Assembly (NCBI GenBank): GCA_034430395.1
Contig: DAOUEQ010000012.1
Span: forward strand, 6,651 to 70,650
Length of the DNA: 64,000 nt
Direction: 5' to 3'
Source of the DNA: Anaerolineales bacterium
GTDB taxonomy: Bacteria > Chloroflexota > Anaerolineae > Anaerolineales > E44-bin32
The position numbers and the translations under genes are program-made. Each line of letters starts with the position of its first letter. The first letter of the stretch is position 1. The notes beneath the pieces are model-generated. The model had not been told where the DNA came from. It saw only the letters and a program-made list of their open reading frames with translations, and ran no database searches. Shown here piece after piece: positions 54,709 to 64,000 of this stretch.

Positions 54709-55136
54709 TCGTTCCACACCTCCGTTAATGGTTGGATGATGCTTCCTCCAAGCCAGCGTTTATTAAACATATGATAACGCATCTACGATGATAGTATTGG
54801 ATCTTTAAAGCACATCACTTAAAAAGTCCGCCCTTGCTCGCTCATTACCAGCAACTATCCATCGGAAATCCACGGGCCGGCGATGGGTGGGCAATCATGT
54901 CTATTTTTCAAAAACATCTTGTTTCATTCGTGTGACAGTCCCCGATTATTAACCATTTATTAATCGTTTTGTTGTATGATATTCATGGTGGGGAACGGTT
55001 TCTCAGGCATTGTTTGAAGTAACTCCTTTATGAATATCCAACTTCGCCACAAGTAATTATCCCTTCCATTGGTTTTGCATAAAAATCCTGATCCATTTCT
55101 TGTTTATATGGATCATCTTAAGGGCGTGACCTGCGT

Positions 55137-56381
55137 ATGATTAATGAGTTCGAGTTACTCGCAAACAAAGTGATCGAGGCGACAGAAGAGGTATCGCTCT
55201 CGGAAGAAGAGCAATCCTCCATTCAGCAGTTATTCAAGCTCGGGGGAGAACAGGGGTTCATCACCCTGAATGATATTGCCGCTCAATTTCCCGAATCCGA
55301 ATCTTCCCTCCCCGTGATCGAACGCGTCTATGATATGTTACTTAATGCAGGTATTGAAATCCTTGATGACGAAGAAGTATCTGAGAAGAAACCTGCTCTT
55401 CTGCTCAAGGAAGCTGAGGTAGAGAAGGAAAATGAAAACAAGCTCGCCGAGGTAAGTGCGATCGACGCAATTGATTCGGGCGATTCGGTAGGTTTATACC
55501 TAAGCCAGGTAGGCAGAGTGCCTCTGCTCACACGCGATGAAGAAGTTGAACTTGCCAAGCGGATTGAGCGCGGCCGTCGCGTACGCGATAATCTTGCACG
55601 GGGCCCTGTCTCTCCAAAACAACGGGTAAAATTCGAAAGGTTGATTCAAGACGGCATGGCCGCTCGTGAACACCTGATCATGGCTAACTCCCGTCTTGTA
55701 ATCAGTGTAGCTAAGAAATACGTCGGCCGCGGGGTCCCACTTCTCGACATGATCCAGGAAGGTCACGTCGGGTTAATGCGCGCCGTGAAGAAATTCGATT
55801 ACCGACGCGGACACAAATTCTCCACGTATGCCACCTGGTGGATCCGCCAGGCTGTGACAAGGCTGGTCGCAGACCACGGCCGCACCATTCGCATTCCCGT
55901 TCATATGGGCGATCGCATTAACCGCATGCTGCGCAGCCGGCACAAACTAACGCAGGAACTGGGACGTGAACCCGTCAGGGAGGAGCTTGCAGAATGCCTG
56001 GAGGTCTCTCCTCAGGATGTTGACTACATGCTTCGCGTTGCACAGCGCCCGCTCTCCTTGGAAAAACCAACAGAGCAGGAAGGGGACGCCGTAATCGGGG
56101 ATTTTATCGAGGATCTTGACGCCCCAGCACCGGAAGAGATCACCTTACAGGAGATTTTGGAGGATCGAGTGCAGGAGCTGTTAGAAACCCTGCCTCATCG
56201 TGAGGCGCTCGTTCTGCGCTTGCGTTATGGTCTTGAATCCGGGGAAGTGCATACTCTTAAAGAGATCGGCGAGAAGATGGGGATCACGCGCGAACGTGTG
56301 CGACAAATTGAAGCTCAGGCTTTGCGCCGTCTGCGCAATCCGGGCCTACGTAGGGAACTCGTGGATTTCGTGCGTACCTGA
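55137..56381 (+). CDS. rpoD: primary RNA polymerase sigma factor (sigma-70/RpoD/SigA)
   Basis: Region 1.2 is [27 protein letters not shown]. Region 2.4 is [14 protein letters not shown]. Region 4.2 is [27 protein letters not shown]. Confidence 0.9.
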   Translation: MINEFELLANKVIEATEEVSLSEEEQSSIQQLFKLGGEQGFITLNDIAAQFPESESSLPVIERVYDMLLNAGIEILDDEEVSEKKPALLLKEAEVEKENENKLAEVSAIDAIDSGDSVGLYLSQVGRVPLLTRDEEVELAKRIERGRRVRDNLARGPVSPKQRVKFERLIQDGMAAREHLIMANSRLVISVAKKYVGRGVPLLDMIQEGHVGLMRAVKKFDYRRGHKFSTYATWWIRQAVTRLVADHGRTIRIPVHMGDRINRMLRSRHKLTQELGREPVREELAECLEVSPQDVDYMLRVAQRPLSLEKPTEQEGDAVIGDFIEDLDAPAPEEITLQEILEDRVQELLETLPHREALVLRLRYGLESGEVHTLKEIGEKMGITRERVRQIEAQALRRLRNPGLRRELVDFVRT

Positions 56382-56411
56382 TATTTCTTCGTTCAACTAC
56401 GTTAATAAATT

Positions 56412-56447
56412 CGCACCTCTGGAGAAAACCCGGAGGTGCGTTTCTTT
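56412..56447 (+). terminator. rho-independent terminator of rpoD
   Basis: CGCACCTCTGG-AGAAAAC-CCGGAGGTGCG gives an 11-bp stem with one G-U pair, followed by TTTCTTT. Confidence 0.75.
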
Positions 56448-56514
56448 CCCGCCTTTAAATATCGTCCCCCTCCGCAACGGCTCTGGTCAAACCGACATCT
56501 ATTGGCAATTCCCA

Positions 56515-58044
56515 CTACGTTTCAATTCCCAAAGATTTTTGCTCCCGGCGCATGTTCTTCGCTTGATCACGAACTCGGCTCCAAGCTTCTTCTACCTTCT
56601 TGATATCCCTGCGTAACTCTGGCAGTTCTCCGTAGCGTACGCGATTGTAAGCATCCGTGATCAATTCGATCTCGCCGAAGTGATTCGGGAAAAGCCCTTT
56701 CAAAGTGGGCAAGAACTCCAGGGGTGTCTGTACTCTTCGCCTTGGGCTCCCTAACTCCTCACAAATACGCATGAGGCTTGTGTAGATCACTCGAATACGC
56801 ATGGCACTGAATAAATGTCCTCCTCGCCGGAGTCGCGAAAGGCGTTCTGATAGAGCTCCAACATTCATTTGAATTATTTGACGGAACCAGGCACCCATCC
56901 CCCCTGAATCGGAAATCGATTCCATTGCGTCCGCAACACCATCTCCGAATACGCTACGCCCACGTCGAATACTCGCCATGCGCAGGACCAGCATCAGCAG
57001 CAAAACCACAAAGAGCCAGAGCACTGCTGATTTTAAAAAAGGTAGATTCGGCAACGATTCCCAGAAACCTTGTAGCAAGCTACCGATTCCAATAAGGATT
57101 TCCATAACTTGCTTGAATACCAATACAGCCTGCTCTAGAATCTCCCGAAAAAGAGTTGATGTCCCGAATATTCCCTCAAACAACAATAATAGAAGCATGG
57201 CCATGACCACAAGTGGGCTTATGATTAAGAAGCCCAGGATCAATAAAACCCGAAGTAGAAAGTCAAAAGCTACGACAACAAGGTTTCCAAATTCCGCGGT
57301 TGCAAAACTCCCAAATAACCAAGCGATAACCGCAACACCCGTAGAGGCAGCTGTCATCCTTATCAACCACCCTATTCCAAGAAGCCGAGTGCGCCCACCA
57401 CGGAGTAAAGCGATCGATGATACACGCGCAGCACCGATGGCGAGTAAACTCGAAAATAAGTACAGCACAATGCCTAAAGTCAGACCTTCCACACGCCGCA
57501 TCACGGTACATATCCCAAGGGCAAGTAGCATTAAAGCTCCTAGACGAAAACGACGAGCCGCGTACCTGGTATCAATCCATGCGCTTGCGAGGTTAACGCC
57601 TCGATTCCAGAGATAGCCGGCAAAGGTGATAACGATAATTTCAACGGGGAGGATCTGCTCTTCATTCTTGAAGGCTTCGTTAATGCCCTCGAGGATGGTT
57701 CCCACCTTTATCAATCTATCTGGGTAAAAAAACATCTTCATAAGGGTGAATACACCCACAACGAAGACAGCAAGCACCACGGCCCGCTGTACGTTCTCGT
57801 ATAAACGTAAAAAGCGTATTCCTCTCGCCAAAGAATAGGCAATCATGATCCATAATCCCAGGAAGATGAAAGATTTACCAAGGGTCAAGGACAATTCTGG
57901 GGCTGCAAAAAAATGAAAACAGGCGACACTCCAACTGAGTTCCATAAGCATCAAAGCAATCGCACTTAATTCTCTCCACGGATGCCAATCTAAGAGTAGG
58001 AAGCCACCGAAGATCTCATGGATTTCGTAGGATTTCCTGACCAC
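56515..58044 (-). CDS. polytopic membrane protein with C-terminal DUF4129 domain, paralog B
   Basis: About 10 TM segments. The C-terminal tail reads ...IRVIYTSLMRICEELGSPRRRVQTPLEFL......AYNRVRYGELPE, which is the DUF4129 pattern. Paralogous to 58218..59711. Confidence 0.6.
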   Translation of the reverse strand: MVRKSYEIHEIFGGFLLLDWHPWRELSAIALMLMELSWSVACFHFFAAPELSLTLGKSFIFLGLWIMIAYSLARGIRFLRLYENVQRAVVLAVFVVGVFTLMKMFFYPDRLIKVGTILEGINEAFKNEEQILPVEIIVITFAGYLWNRGVNLASAWIDTRYAARRFRLGALMLLALGICTVMRRVEGLTLGIVLYLFSSLLAIGAARVSSIALLRGGRTRLLGIGWLIRMTAASTGVAVIAWLFGSFATAEFGNLVVVAFDFLLRVLLILGFLIISPLVVMAMLLLLLFEGIFGTSTLFREILEQAVLVFKQVMEILIGIGSLLQGFWESLPNLPFLKSAVLWLFVVLLLMLVLRMASIRRGRSVFGDGVADAMESISDSGGMGAWFRQIIQMNVGALSERLSRLRRGGHLFSAMRIRVIYTSLMRICEELGSPRRRVQTPLEFLPTLKGLFPNHFGEIELITDAYNRVRYGELPELRRDIKKVEEAWSRVRDQAKNMRREQKSLGIET

Positions 58045-58217
58045 AGTCAGACCTCACTTCCCGGAGAATTTAACTCTTGAGCAGGTGCTGGACAAATGGT
58101 TGCGGGATGATGGATACAAGATGGTTCACTTCCATGATTAATTGCATAAAGTATGCGCTACGGGGGTTATACACCTTCAGATCGATGCATGTCAGTGCTT
58201 ATCAATTATGAAATAAC

Positions 58218-59711
58218 TTATCCAGCCTCCTCATTATGTCGCCCCCGCTCGCGAACAAGCTCCCAGGCGGCCTCAACTTCCTCAACCTGCCCGTGAGTTT
58301 CAGGCAGTTCTCCATAACGAACCCGAAGGTAAGCATGTGTGATCGTCGCCAACTCCACCTGAGAGGCTGGGAATATCCTCGCAAGGTTTTCCATGAATTC
58401 TAGCGGAGTCTCAGAAGGCGATCGGGGTTCCCCCAAGCGCGCGCTCAGTCTAAGAAGACTTGCATAAATCCGTCGGATGCGAGCCGCGGCGATGAAGCGC
58501 GCTGCCGGGTTTAGGCGAGTTATTCCTTCGATCGCCCGCCTCGCTCTGCCTTGCAGCAGAGAGCGCAGGTAATCAAGCGACGATCCTGACAGGCGGATCC
58601 GCTCAGCTTCCTGGGGACCCGTGATCAAAATTCCGCTCCTGTATTTTCGCACTGCGTAAAGGATGATCCAAATTAGGAAAATTAAGCTCCCAACTGCTAA
58701 GGCTGTGCTCAAAATCGAACCTACCGGAGGAGCCCAAGGGATTGCCTGTATTTCCTCGAGACCCTCGATTGCCTCCTGCATTCCGATGGGAGCGAGTAAT
58801 TCAATCGGTTCCACCTGCAATCTTTGAAGTAATGGTTCAATAAAAAACCCTATTAACCAGGCCAAGACACGTACAACCTGATATAGGAGCGGTCCTAGTA
58901 TCAGCAACAGCACACGCGAAACGAACTGACCGACGATTGATAGAAGATTACCAATCCATATCGATAGCAGACTCCCTGCTAGCAGGCCCACTCCACCAGC
59001 GATAGTCAACATACCAATTGCGAGAAGAATCAAACCAGCGACCCATTCTCGCTCAAAAGGGATCCCCCTGCCGCCGCGCAAATGACTCAGTGAATAGAGT
59101 TGTGCAGCGCCCATTGCAATTAAGCCCGAGAAAAGGAAGAGAGCCGCTTCGAGAGTGGGAAGGCTGAGACCGAGGCCCACTGCAACAATACCTACCGCCA
59201 GGAGCACCAAGAAGCCGCCATTGAACGCACGCCTTATGACTCGGGGACCAACGGTATGCTGAGCAATCGATAGGCCTCGGCGCCACAGGAATATCACGGT
59301 GATGGTTAACAGGAATTCAGAATTAAAAAGTACGGAAAGGCTCCCAAAACTGCTCAGGTAGCGGGCGATCACTCCGGCGATATTCAACTGCTCGTCATGA
59401 TATATTATATTGCCTGCCGCCCAGAGTATCCCCGAGATGGCTATCGTGAGTAGTAATACTTGAACGATCCCATCATCCAATTCCAAGAATTGGAGTGCGT
59501 TTGCGACCAAATACGTCGCCAGGTATATCAGCCCAAAAACCAAGAAAAACCACCCCACATGCAAGTCCAGTAATTTCACCACCAGAAGTGAAAAGACCGC
59601 CGTAATCCAGCTTAAGTCCATCAACATCAGAGCCAGAACCGTGAACACTTGCCAGATGGATATTCGCTGCAAACACAAAGTCGAGCGTATGCTGCCTGCA
59701 TTCGTGTTCAT
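58218..59711 (-). CDS. polytopic membrane protein with C-terminal DUF4129 domain, paralog A
   Basis: ...IRRIYASLLRLSARLGEPRSPSETPLEFM......AYLRVRYGELPE. ATG 59711 overlaps the DUF58 stop (TGATG), indicating translational coupling. Confidence 0.6.
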   Translation of the reverse strand: MNTNAGSIRSTLCLQRISIWQVFTVLALMLMDLSWITAVFSLLVVKLLDLHVGWFFLVFGLIYLATYLVANALQFLELDDGIVQVLLLTIAISGILWAAGNIIYHDEQLNIAGVIARYLSSFGSLSVLFNSEFLLTITVIFLWRRGLSIAQHTVGPRVIRRAFNGGFLVLLAVGIVAVGLGLSLPTLEAALFLFSGLIAMGAAQLYSLSHLRGGRGIPFEREWVAGLILLAIGMLTIAGGVGLLAGSLLSIWIGNLLSIVGQFVSRVLLLILGPLLYQVVRVLAWLIGFFIEPLLQRLQVEPIELLAPIGMQEAIEGLEEIQAIPWAPPVGSILSTALAVGSLIFLIWIILYAVRKYRSGILITGPQEAERIRLSGSSLDYLRSLLQGRARRAIEGITRLNPAARFIAAARIRRIYASLLRLSARLGEPRSPSETPLEFMENLARIFPASQVELATITHAYLRVRYGELPETHGQVEEVEAAWELVRERGRHNEEAG

Positions 59712-60943
59712 CACTCGCTGCTTATCCCCCAATTTGACGATATCCTCACTTCATCTTGCTCCTGAAAAGGTCGATGTAAGATCTCCATACCGGGAATTTC
59801 CCTCGGTGGCTCTTCCGCCAAGGAGAGCAAGGTAATTTTCCGATTGTGTCGTTTAAGACGGACCAATGTTTCCATCAAGATCGGAGACGTTATTGCGGAA
59901 ATGACGAGCAGGCTTGCTCCATAATGTACACGCGGCATCTCGCGAATAAGCATTTGCTCAAATGGGACTAACACAATCGGTGTAATCCCCGCCAGGGCTT
60001 CGAGCAAAACTCCAAGCTGTTTCGGTGAACGGCCGGGGGGAATATTCAGGGGTCGGTCGGCATAAGCGAGACATCCATTTGAAATCAAGCCGACTTGATA
60101 GCCATCCTGGATATATCGAGTAGCGAGGGTGGCGGAGACGCTTACCAGATACTCCAATAACTTGGAATAAACGCCCTCCCAATGCCGATCGAATGTGCTC
60201 GTATTGAGACAGATCATCGCAACCTGCGCTGATGTAGGTTGAAAGACCCTGACCTGCAGTTGACCCGTTCGAGCCGTCGCTGGCCAATGGACCCGCCGAA
60301 ACCCGTCCTCGGATCGATACTCCCGCACGCCCATGGGTTGGTTCGGGTCTTCGAAGATACGACGTCTTGACCGGCGATCACCAAACGGGTCCTCCGCTGG
60401 TAGGTCTAGGTGGTTGAGCGGTAAGATCTCCGGGAAAACAGTCAGATAATCAACCTGCTCCTCTTTTCGAGAGAGTTCATACATACCAAACACATCGCCG
60501 GATTGAAGTGTCGCCGGACCGACCTTGTATAAACCGCGTTTTCGGAAAAGCAGGGTGTATTTCCTGCTCGTCTTCTCAAACCAGCGTAGACTAAATATAT
60601 TCTTTAGCAGTCCCTGTTCCGGCAAATGTGAGGGCGCCAAGATAGCGTCGTCTTCCGGTCCTACAGCCCATGGCCAGGGGTCTTCAATCCGCAACCAGGA
60701 GAGCGGAAGCGGCTTCTTATTTTCCACTTCTACTTGCAAGGGAACGCGTTCCCCTGGGAAAGCGCGATGATAATACGGGCGTCGGCGGTACGTGACACCA
60801 TCAAGAGAGTGTCTACGCCACCAGGAAGTGATGCCCAGGAGCACCGCAAGTGCTGCTGAAAAGGTCGATAAATAGGGAATATTGGCGATCGCCCCGAAAA
60901 GGAAGACGATACCCAAGAACGGCAGCCAGCGCTCTGGCGACAT
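59711..60943 (-). CDS. DUF58 domain protein (vWA-like, MoxR partner)
   Basis: There are two N-terminal TM helices. GVREYRSEDGFRRVHWPATARTGQLQVRVFQPT is the DUF58 signature. Confidence 0.8.
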   Translation of the reverse strand: MSPERWLPFLGIVFLFGAIANIPYLSTFSAALAVLLGITSWWRRHSLDGVTYRRRPYYHRAFPGERVPLQVEVENKKPLPLSWLRIEDPWPWAVGPEDDAILAPSHLPEQGLLKNIFSLRWFEKTSRKYTLLFRKRGLYKVGPATLQSGDVFGMYELSRKEEQVDYLTVFPEILPLNHLDLPAEDPFGDRRSRRRIFEDPNQPMGVREYRSEDGFRRVHWPATARTGQLQVRVFQPTSAQVAMICLNTSTFDRHWEGVYSKLLEYLVSVSATLATRYIQDGYQVGLISNGCLAYADRPLNIPPGRSPKQLGVLLEALAGITPIVLVPFEQMLIREMPRVHYGASLLVISAITSPILMETLVRLKRHNRKITLLSLAEEPPREIPGMEILHRPFQEQDEVRISSNWGISSE

Positions 60944-60944
60944 T

Positions 60945-61886
60945 TTAATCTTCTACAGGAACCGGAACGGAATCGACGATATCCGCCACCATTTCTTCCG
61001 GTCGCCGACCACGCAATTGTGCCTGAGGGGAGATCATCAATCGATGTGTGAGCACATGCGGTGCCATGAATTTAACATCATCCGGGAGGACATAGTCACG
61101 ACCTTGTATCGCTGCCCACGCCTGCGATGTTTGATAGAGCGCCAGTGTAGCCCGGGGGCTTGCTCCAAGTTCAATCTCTGCATGTTCGCGAGTCGCACGA
61201 GCCACCTTAACAATATAATTGCGAATTGATTCTTCAACACGGATGTTCTTGCGTTGTTCCTGGAGTCTTATGACCTCCTCGGGTGTGGTTACCGCTTCGA
61301 CTTCCTCCAGCGGATCATCCGTACGGAAACGCTCAAGGATGTTATTCTCCTCAACCTCCGAAGGGTAACCGATTTCCACTCGCAGCAAAAAGCGGTCAAT
61401 CTGCGCTTCAGGCAAAGGAAAAGTCCCTTCAAGCTCAATCGGGTTCTGAGTCGCGAGCACAAGGAAGGGCCGCGGCTGTGGGCGCGTCACACCGTCTACA
61501 GTCACTTGACGCTCCTGCATCGCCTCCAACAATGCGGATTGCGTGCGCGGGGTCGCCCGGTTAATTTCATCTGCAAGCACGACCTGGCTCATCACTGGAC
61601 CAGGTCGGAATTCGAACTCCTGTTTTTTTTGATTGAACCAGCTTAACCCGGTGACATCCGACGGTAGAAGATCTGGGGTGAATTGAATGCGGCGGTAGCT
61701 TAATCCGAGTGAACTAGCCAGGGCGCGTGCGAGTGTTGTCTTGCCAATCCCGGGAACGTCTTCAATCAATACATGCCCTTCACAGAGCACGGAGACCAAA
61801 GTCAATAGGATGGGATCATCTTTTCCAACAATTACTTTTTGGATGTTTTCCCGCAGTCGGCGGGTCGTTTCTGCAATCATTGTCAC
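60945..61886 (-). CDS. MoxR-family AAA+ ATPase
   Basis: Walker A is EDVPGIGKTTLARALA. LLPSDVTG is present. Walker B is VVLADEINRATPRTQSALLEAMQE. This is the AAA_3/MoxR pattern. Confidence 0.9.
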   Translation of the reverse strand: MTMIAETTRRLRENIQKVIVGKDDPILLTLVSVLCEGHVLIEDVPGIGKTTLARALASSLGLSYRRIQFTPDLLPSDVTGLSWFNQKKQEFEFRPGPVMSQVVLADEINRATPRTQSALLEAMQERQVTVDGVTRPQPRPFLVLATQNPIELEGTFPLPEAQIDRFLLRVEIGYPSEVEENNILERFRTDDPLEEVEAVTTPEEVIRLQEQRKNIRVEESIRNYIVKVARATREHAEIELGASPRATLALYQTSQAWAAIQGRDYVLPDDVKFMAPHVLTHRLMISPQAQLRGRRPEEMVADIVDSVPVPVED

Positions 61887-62073
61887 CTCAAATTAAACCG
61901 GGGATCTCGGGATATAAACTATACCAGAGGCGATGCAGATATGTTCATCAAGGGGTTTTCCAGATTGCGCATTAATCGAGCCCATTTTTTCAAGGACGGT
62001 ATGAATCTCTACCGCCCACGACCGCTCGAATGTTTGTTTTATAATGATTGGGATTCGTTGGGAAGAGGAAAGA

Positions 62074-63480
62074 TCAGGCTACATATCCCGCCTGGTGAAG
62101 CTTCTCTGCCGCCTCAATTGTGGCCGGGATCGTTACCAGGATGCGAGTACCGCGCCCTGGTTGCGAATCGATTTTCAAGATCCCGTTTACGAGCTCAGCC
62201 CGTTCATACAGATTGACCATCCCTAGGCTGCCGCGTTTTTCATAGTTACCTTGAACTTGTTCAACGTTAAACCCGACGCCATCATCTTCGATTTCCAGCA
62301 GTATATTATCTCCCCGGCGTTTCAACCGGATCCAGATATGTTTTGCATTTGCGTGCTTGCGGGCATTATTTACAGCTTCTTCAACGATGAAAAATATCAC
62401 TCCCTGCTTGCCGACCTCCATGTCGTCGACAATCCCGTTCTTTGCTTCGACAATGACATTATGGCCGTGATTCTCCATCATCTTCTCAGAGAGTTGCTCC
62501 AGTGCCCCCAACAACCCTTCCGATTCAAGGACAAGAGGTCGGAGTGTAAAGAGCATTTGCCGGATCTCTTTTGTTGTGCGACGGGCAAGTTCTTCAATCT
62601 TAAAGAGTTCTTCTGCAGCTTGATCTGGCTCGCGCTGGAGGAGCCGCCGGGCGAAGTTCACCCTCATAGCAATCGCTCCGATGGATTGCGTTGGCCCGTC
62701 ATGCAGATCGCGGGCAAGCTTGTTGCGCGCGTTTTCCTGGATCTCGGCGATGCGCTCCTTTTCCTGCTCCAAATCGCTATACAGACGAGCATTCTGCAGG
62801 GCAACCATCGCCTGTTGAGCGATTGCATCGAGCAACTCGATCTGCTGCGGATTAAAATACTCCTCATCCGCATGCGCGAAGAGCAGCACACCATAGAGGT
62901 CCAGGCCCACAACAAGTGGGATGCAAACAGCTGTGCGGCAGTTGTGCAAGGTGATGATCCGCTTCAGCTCAACATCCTGGCCTGGATTCTTGCAGAGCTG
63001 GGACTGTACATTAGCCAATGCCTCCCCCACTACACCTCGCTCTCCAGGCAACGTAACCCGTAAATCCGCAGCTGATAATCCTCGTGCTGAGGTGATAATG
63101 AGTTCCTGATTCTCGAAGAGCATCAACGCGCTGATTAACTTATTCTCTCTCTCATCTTCAAGTGCACTATTGGCGAGGTCAAGTGTCATTTCAAGCACAC
63201 GCTCGTAATTAAGCGTTGCGTTTAAATTCGCCGTCATCACCAGAAGAGATCTGAGCTTCTCGATCTCACGCTCCAAGGAGGCGACTCGATCCGTCTTATC
63301 CCCTCCGTGATTTTTACCTGAGTTGGATGATTTATTTCGATCATGGCGCGAGCGATCTGAGAGCCAAGCAACCGGGGGCAATGCCAAGAGTAGAAATGCG
63401 GGATTAAGCGCGGAAACCATCTTCGGCGCTGTCATTGATAGGGCTTTTAGTAGTAAGTGTCCCATTTCAATCTGGTACAC
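62074..63480 (-). CDS. GAF-domain sensor histidine kinase, NarL/DesK class (HisKA_3 + HATPase_c)
   Basis: The H-box is LARDLHDGPTQSI (HisKA_3). NNARKHA, DDGVGF and GSLGMVNLYERA are the ATPase boxes. A GAF-like region lies upstream. No cognate LuxR-type regulator is in the window. Confidence 0.8.
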   Translation of the reverse strand: MYQIEMGHLLLKALSMTAPKMVSALNPAFLLLALPPVAWLSDRSRHDRNKSSNSGKNHGGDKTDRVASLEREIEKLRSLLVMTANLNATLNYERVLEMTLDLANSALEDERENKLISALMLFENQELIITSARGLSAADLRVTLPGERGVVGEALANVQSQLCKNPGQDVELKRIITLHNCRTAVCIPLVVGLDLYGVLLFAHADEEYFNPQQIELLDAIAQQAMVALQNARLYSDLEQEKERIAEIQENARNKLARDLHDGPTQSIGAIAMRVNFARRLLQREPDQAAEELFKIEELARRTTKEIRQMLFTLRPLVLESEGLLGALEQLSEKMMENHGHNVIVEAKNGIVDDMEVGKQGVIFFIVEEAVNNARKHANAKHIWIRLKRRGDNILLEIEDDGVGFNVEQVQGNYEKRGSLGMVNLYERAELVNGILKIDSQPGRGTRILVTIPATIEAAEKLHQAGYVA

Positions 63481-63730
63481 AACCGCATCCTCAGCAAGCT
63501 AGTGTATTATGCAGCGACATCCCGCTTCACCTTCACCTCACATACTCTGAGATTTAGCGTCAGGCAGTCAGTCGAGCCACAGTTCTTGAATGTAGTATCG
63601 CTCAAAAAACCGAGAAAATCCCTTACAGTTCCCCTACAACACGAAGGCGGTTTTGTCTCTCACTGCCGGGAGATCCATGGTAAACATCCCAATCGATTGA
63701 GAAAGAGATTTAATGCTGAACGGGAACCGT

Positions 63731-64000
63731 TCACACAGACGTTTGTTTCATCTCCTCCTTATTATTCCGCGCTAATACATGAAGGGCAATTAGTGCGAAG
63801 ATCATCACCACAAAGCTGATGAGTTGCGCACCGCGGATGCTGCCGAAAACAATCATACTATCTCCGCGAAAACCTTCGAGAAACAGTCGTGAAATAGCCG
63901 AAAGCGCGACGAAAAGGGTGAAGCAGAAGCCCGAGAAAATTCTTATGTTACGTATCTGCAGGATCACCAGCGTGATGCCCGTGGCGATCAAGAGTTCGTA
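63731..64000 (-). CDS. lgt: prolipoprotein diacylglyceryl transferase, C-terminal part (gene runs off the window)
   Basis: ...FTLFVALSAISRLFLEGFRGDS...GSIRGAQLISFVVM resembles the Lgt C-terminal RF..E..R.D/..Q..S pattern. The reading frame is open to the window edge. Confidence 0.5.
   Translation of the reverse strand, partial: YELLIATGITLVILQIRNIRIFSGFCFTLFVALSAISRLFLEGFRGDSMIVFGSIRGAQLISFVVMIFALIALHVLARNNKEEMKQTSV

Noticed and set aside
1-64000. CRISPR arrays, rRNA genes, retron/DGR reverse transcriptases, toxin-antitoxin pairs and obvious complete restriction-modification or other known defence operons.
   Set aside because: No regularly spaced direct repeats, rRNA-like segments, RT motifs (YxDD) or small paired ORFs with recognisable TA motifs were seen on either strand.

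Overview
This is a 64-kb bacterial chromosomal fragment. It is GC-rich: single 60-nt lines that I counted in the core give about 57-63% GC. Genes are tightly packed, often with 1-4 nt start/stop overlaps. The gene content hints at a Chloroflexota/Anaerolineae-like organism, but that is a low-confidence guess. The hints are a class A PBP with a Pro/Thr-rich tail, a DUF4388 plus small-GTPase module, many lipoproteins, and a MoxR-DUF58-DUF4129 operon. The core carries housekeeping and envelope genes: an EF-G paralog, PBP1A, plsY, fabI, mpg, rpoD, an otsA-otsB fusion and the C-terminus of lgt. It also carries a TPP-riboswitch-controlled thiamine salvage operon (thiN, ykoF-like, thiXYZ-like ABC transporter). 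A signalling cluster encodes DUF4388, a GTPase, REC/degenerate-GGDEF, a GAF-PAS histidine kinase and CheY. Four things stand out. (1) A membrane-anchored thioredoxin-fold gene is split in the ORF track by an in-frame TGA. The TGA sits exactly at the first Cys of the CxxC motif and is followed by a SECIS-like hairpin, so this is a candidate UxxC selenoprotein. (2) An AT-rich block of about 8.3 kb (about 32-38% GC in the lines I counted) lies immediately 3' of tRNA-Asn(GTT). It is delimited and subdivided by three direct copies of the tRNA 3' end. No integrase is present, but there is an IS91 transposase remnant, a frameshifted nuclease-like gene and foreign-looking cargo. This looks like tandem, decayed integrative islands. 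(3) A 33-nt palindromic intergenic repeat occurs in three copies. (4) Smaller oddities include a large methyltransferase-like protein with degenerate catalytic motifs, a 55-aa basic ORF missing from the track, and tandem paralog pairs. I saw no CRISPR array, rRNA or obvious complete defence system.
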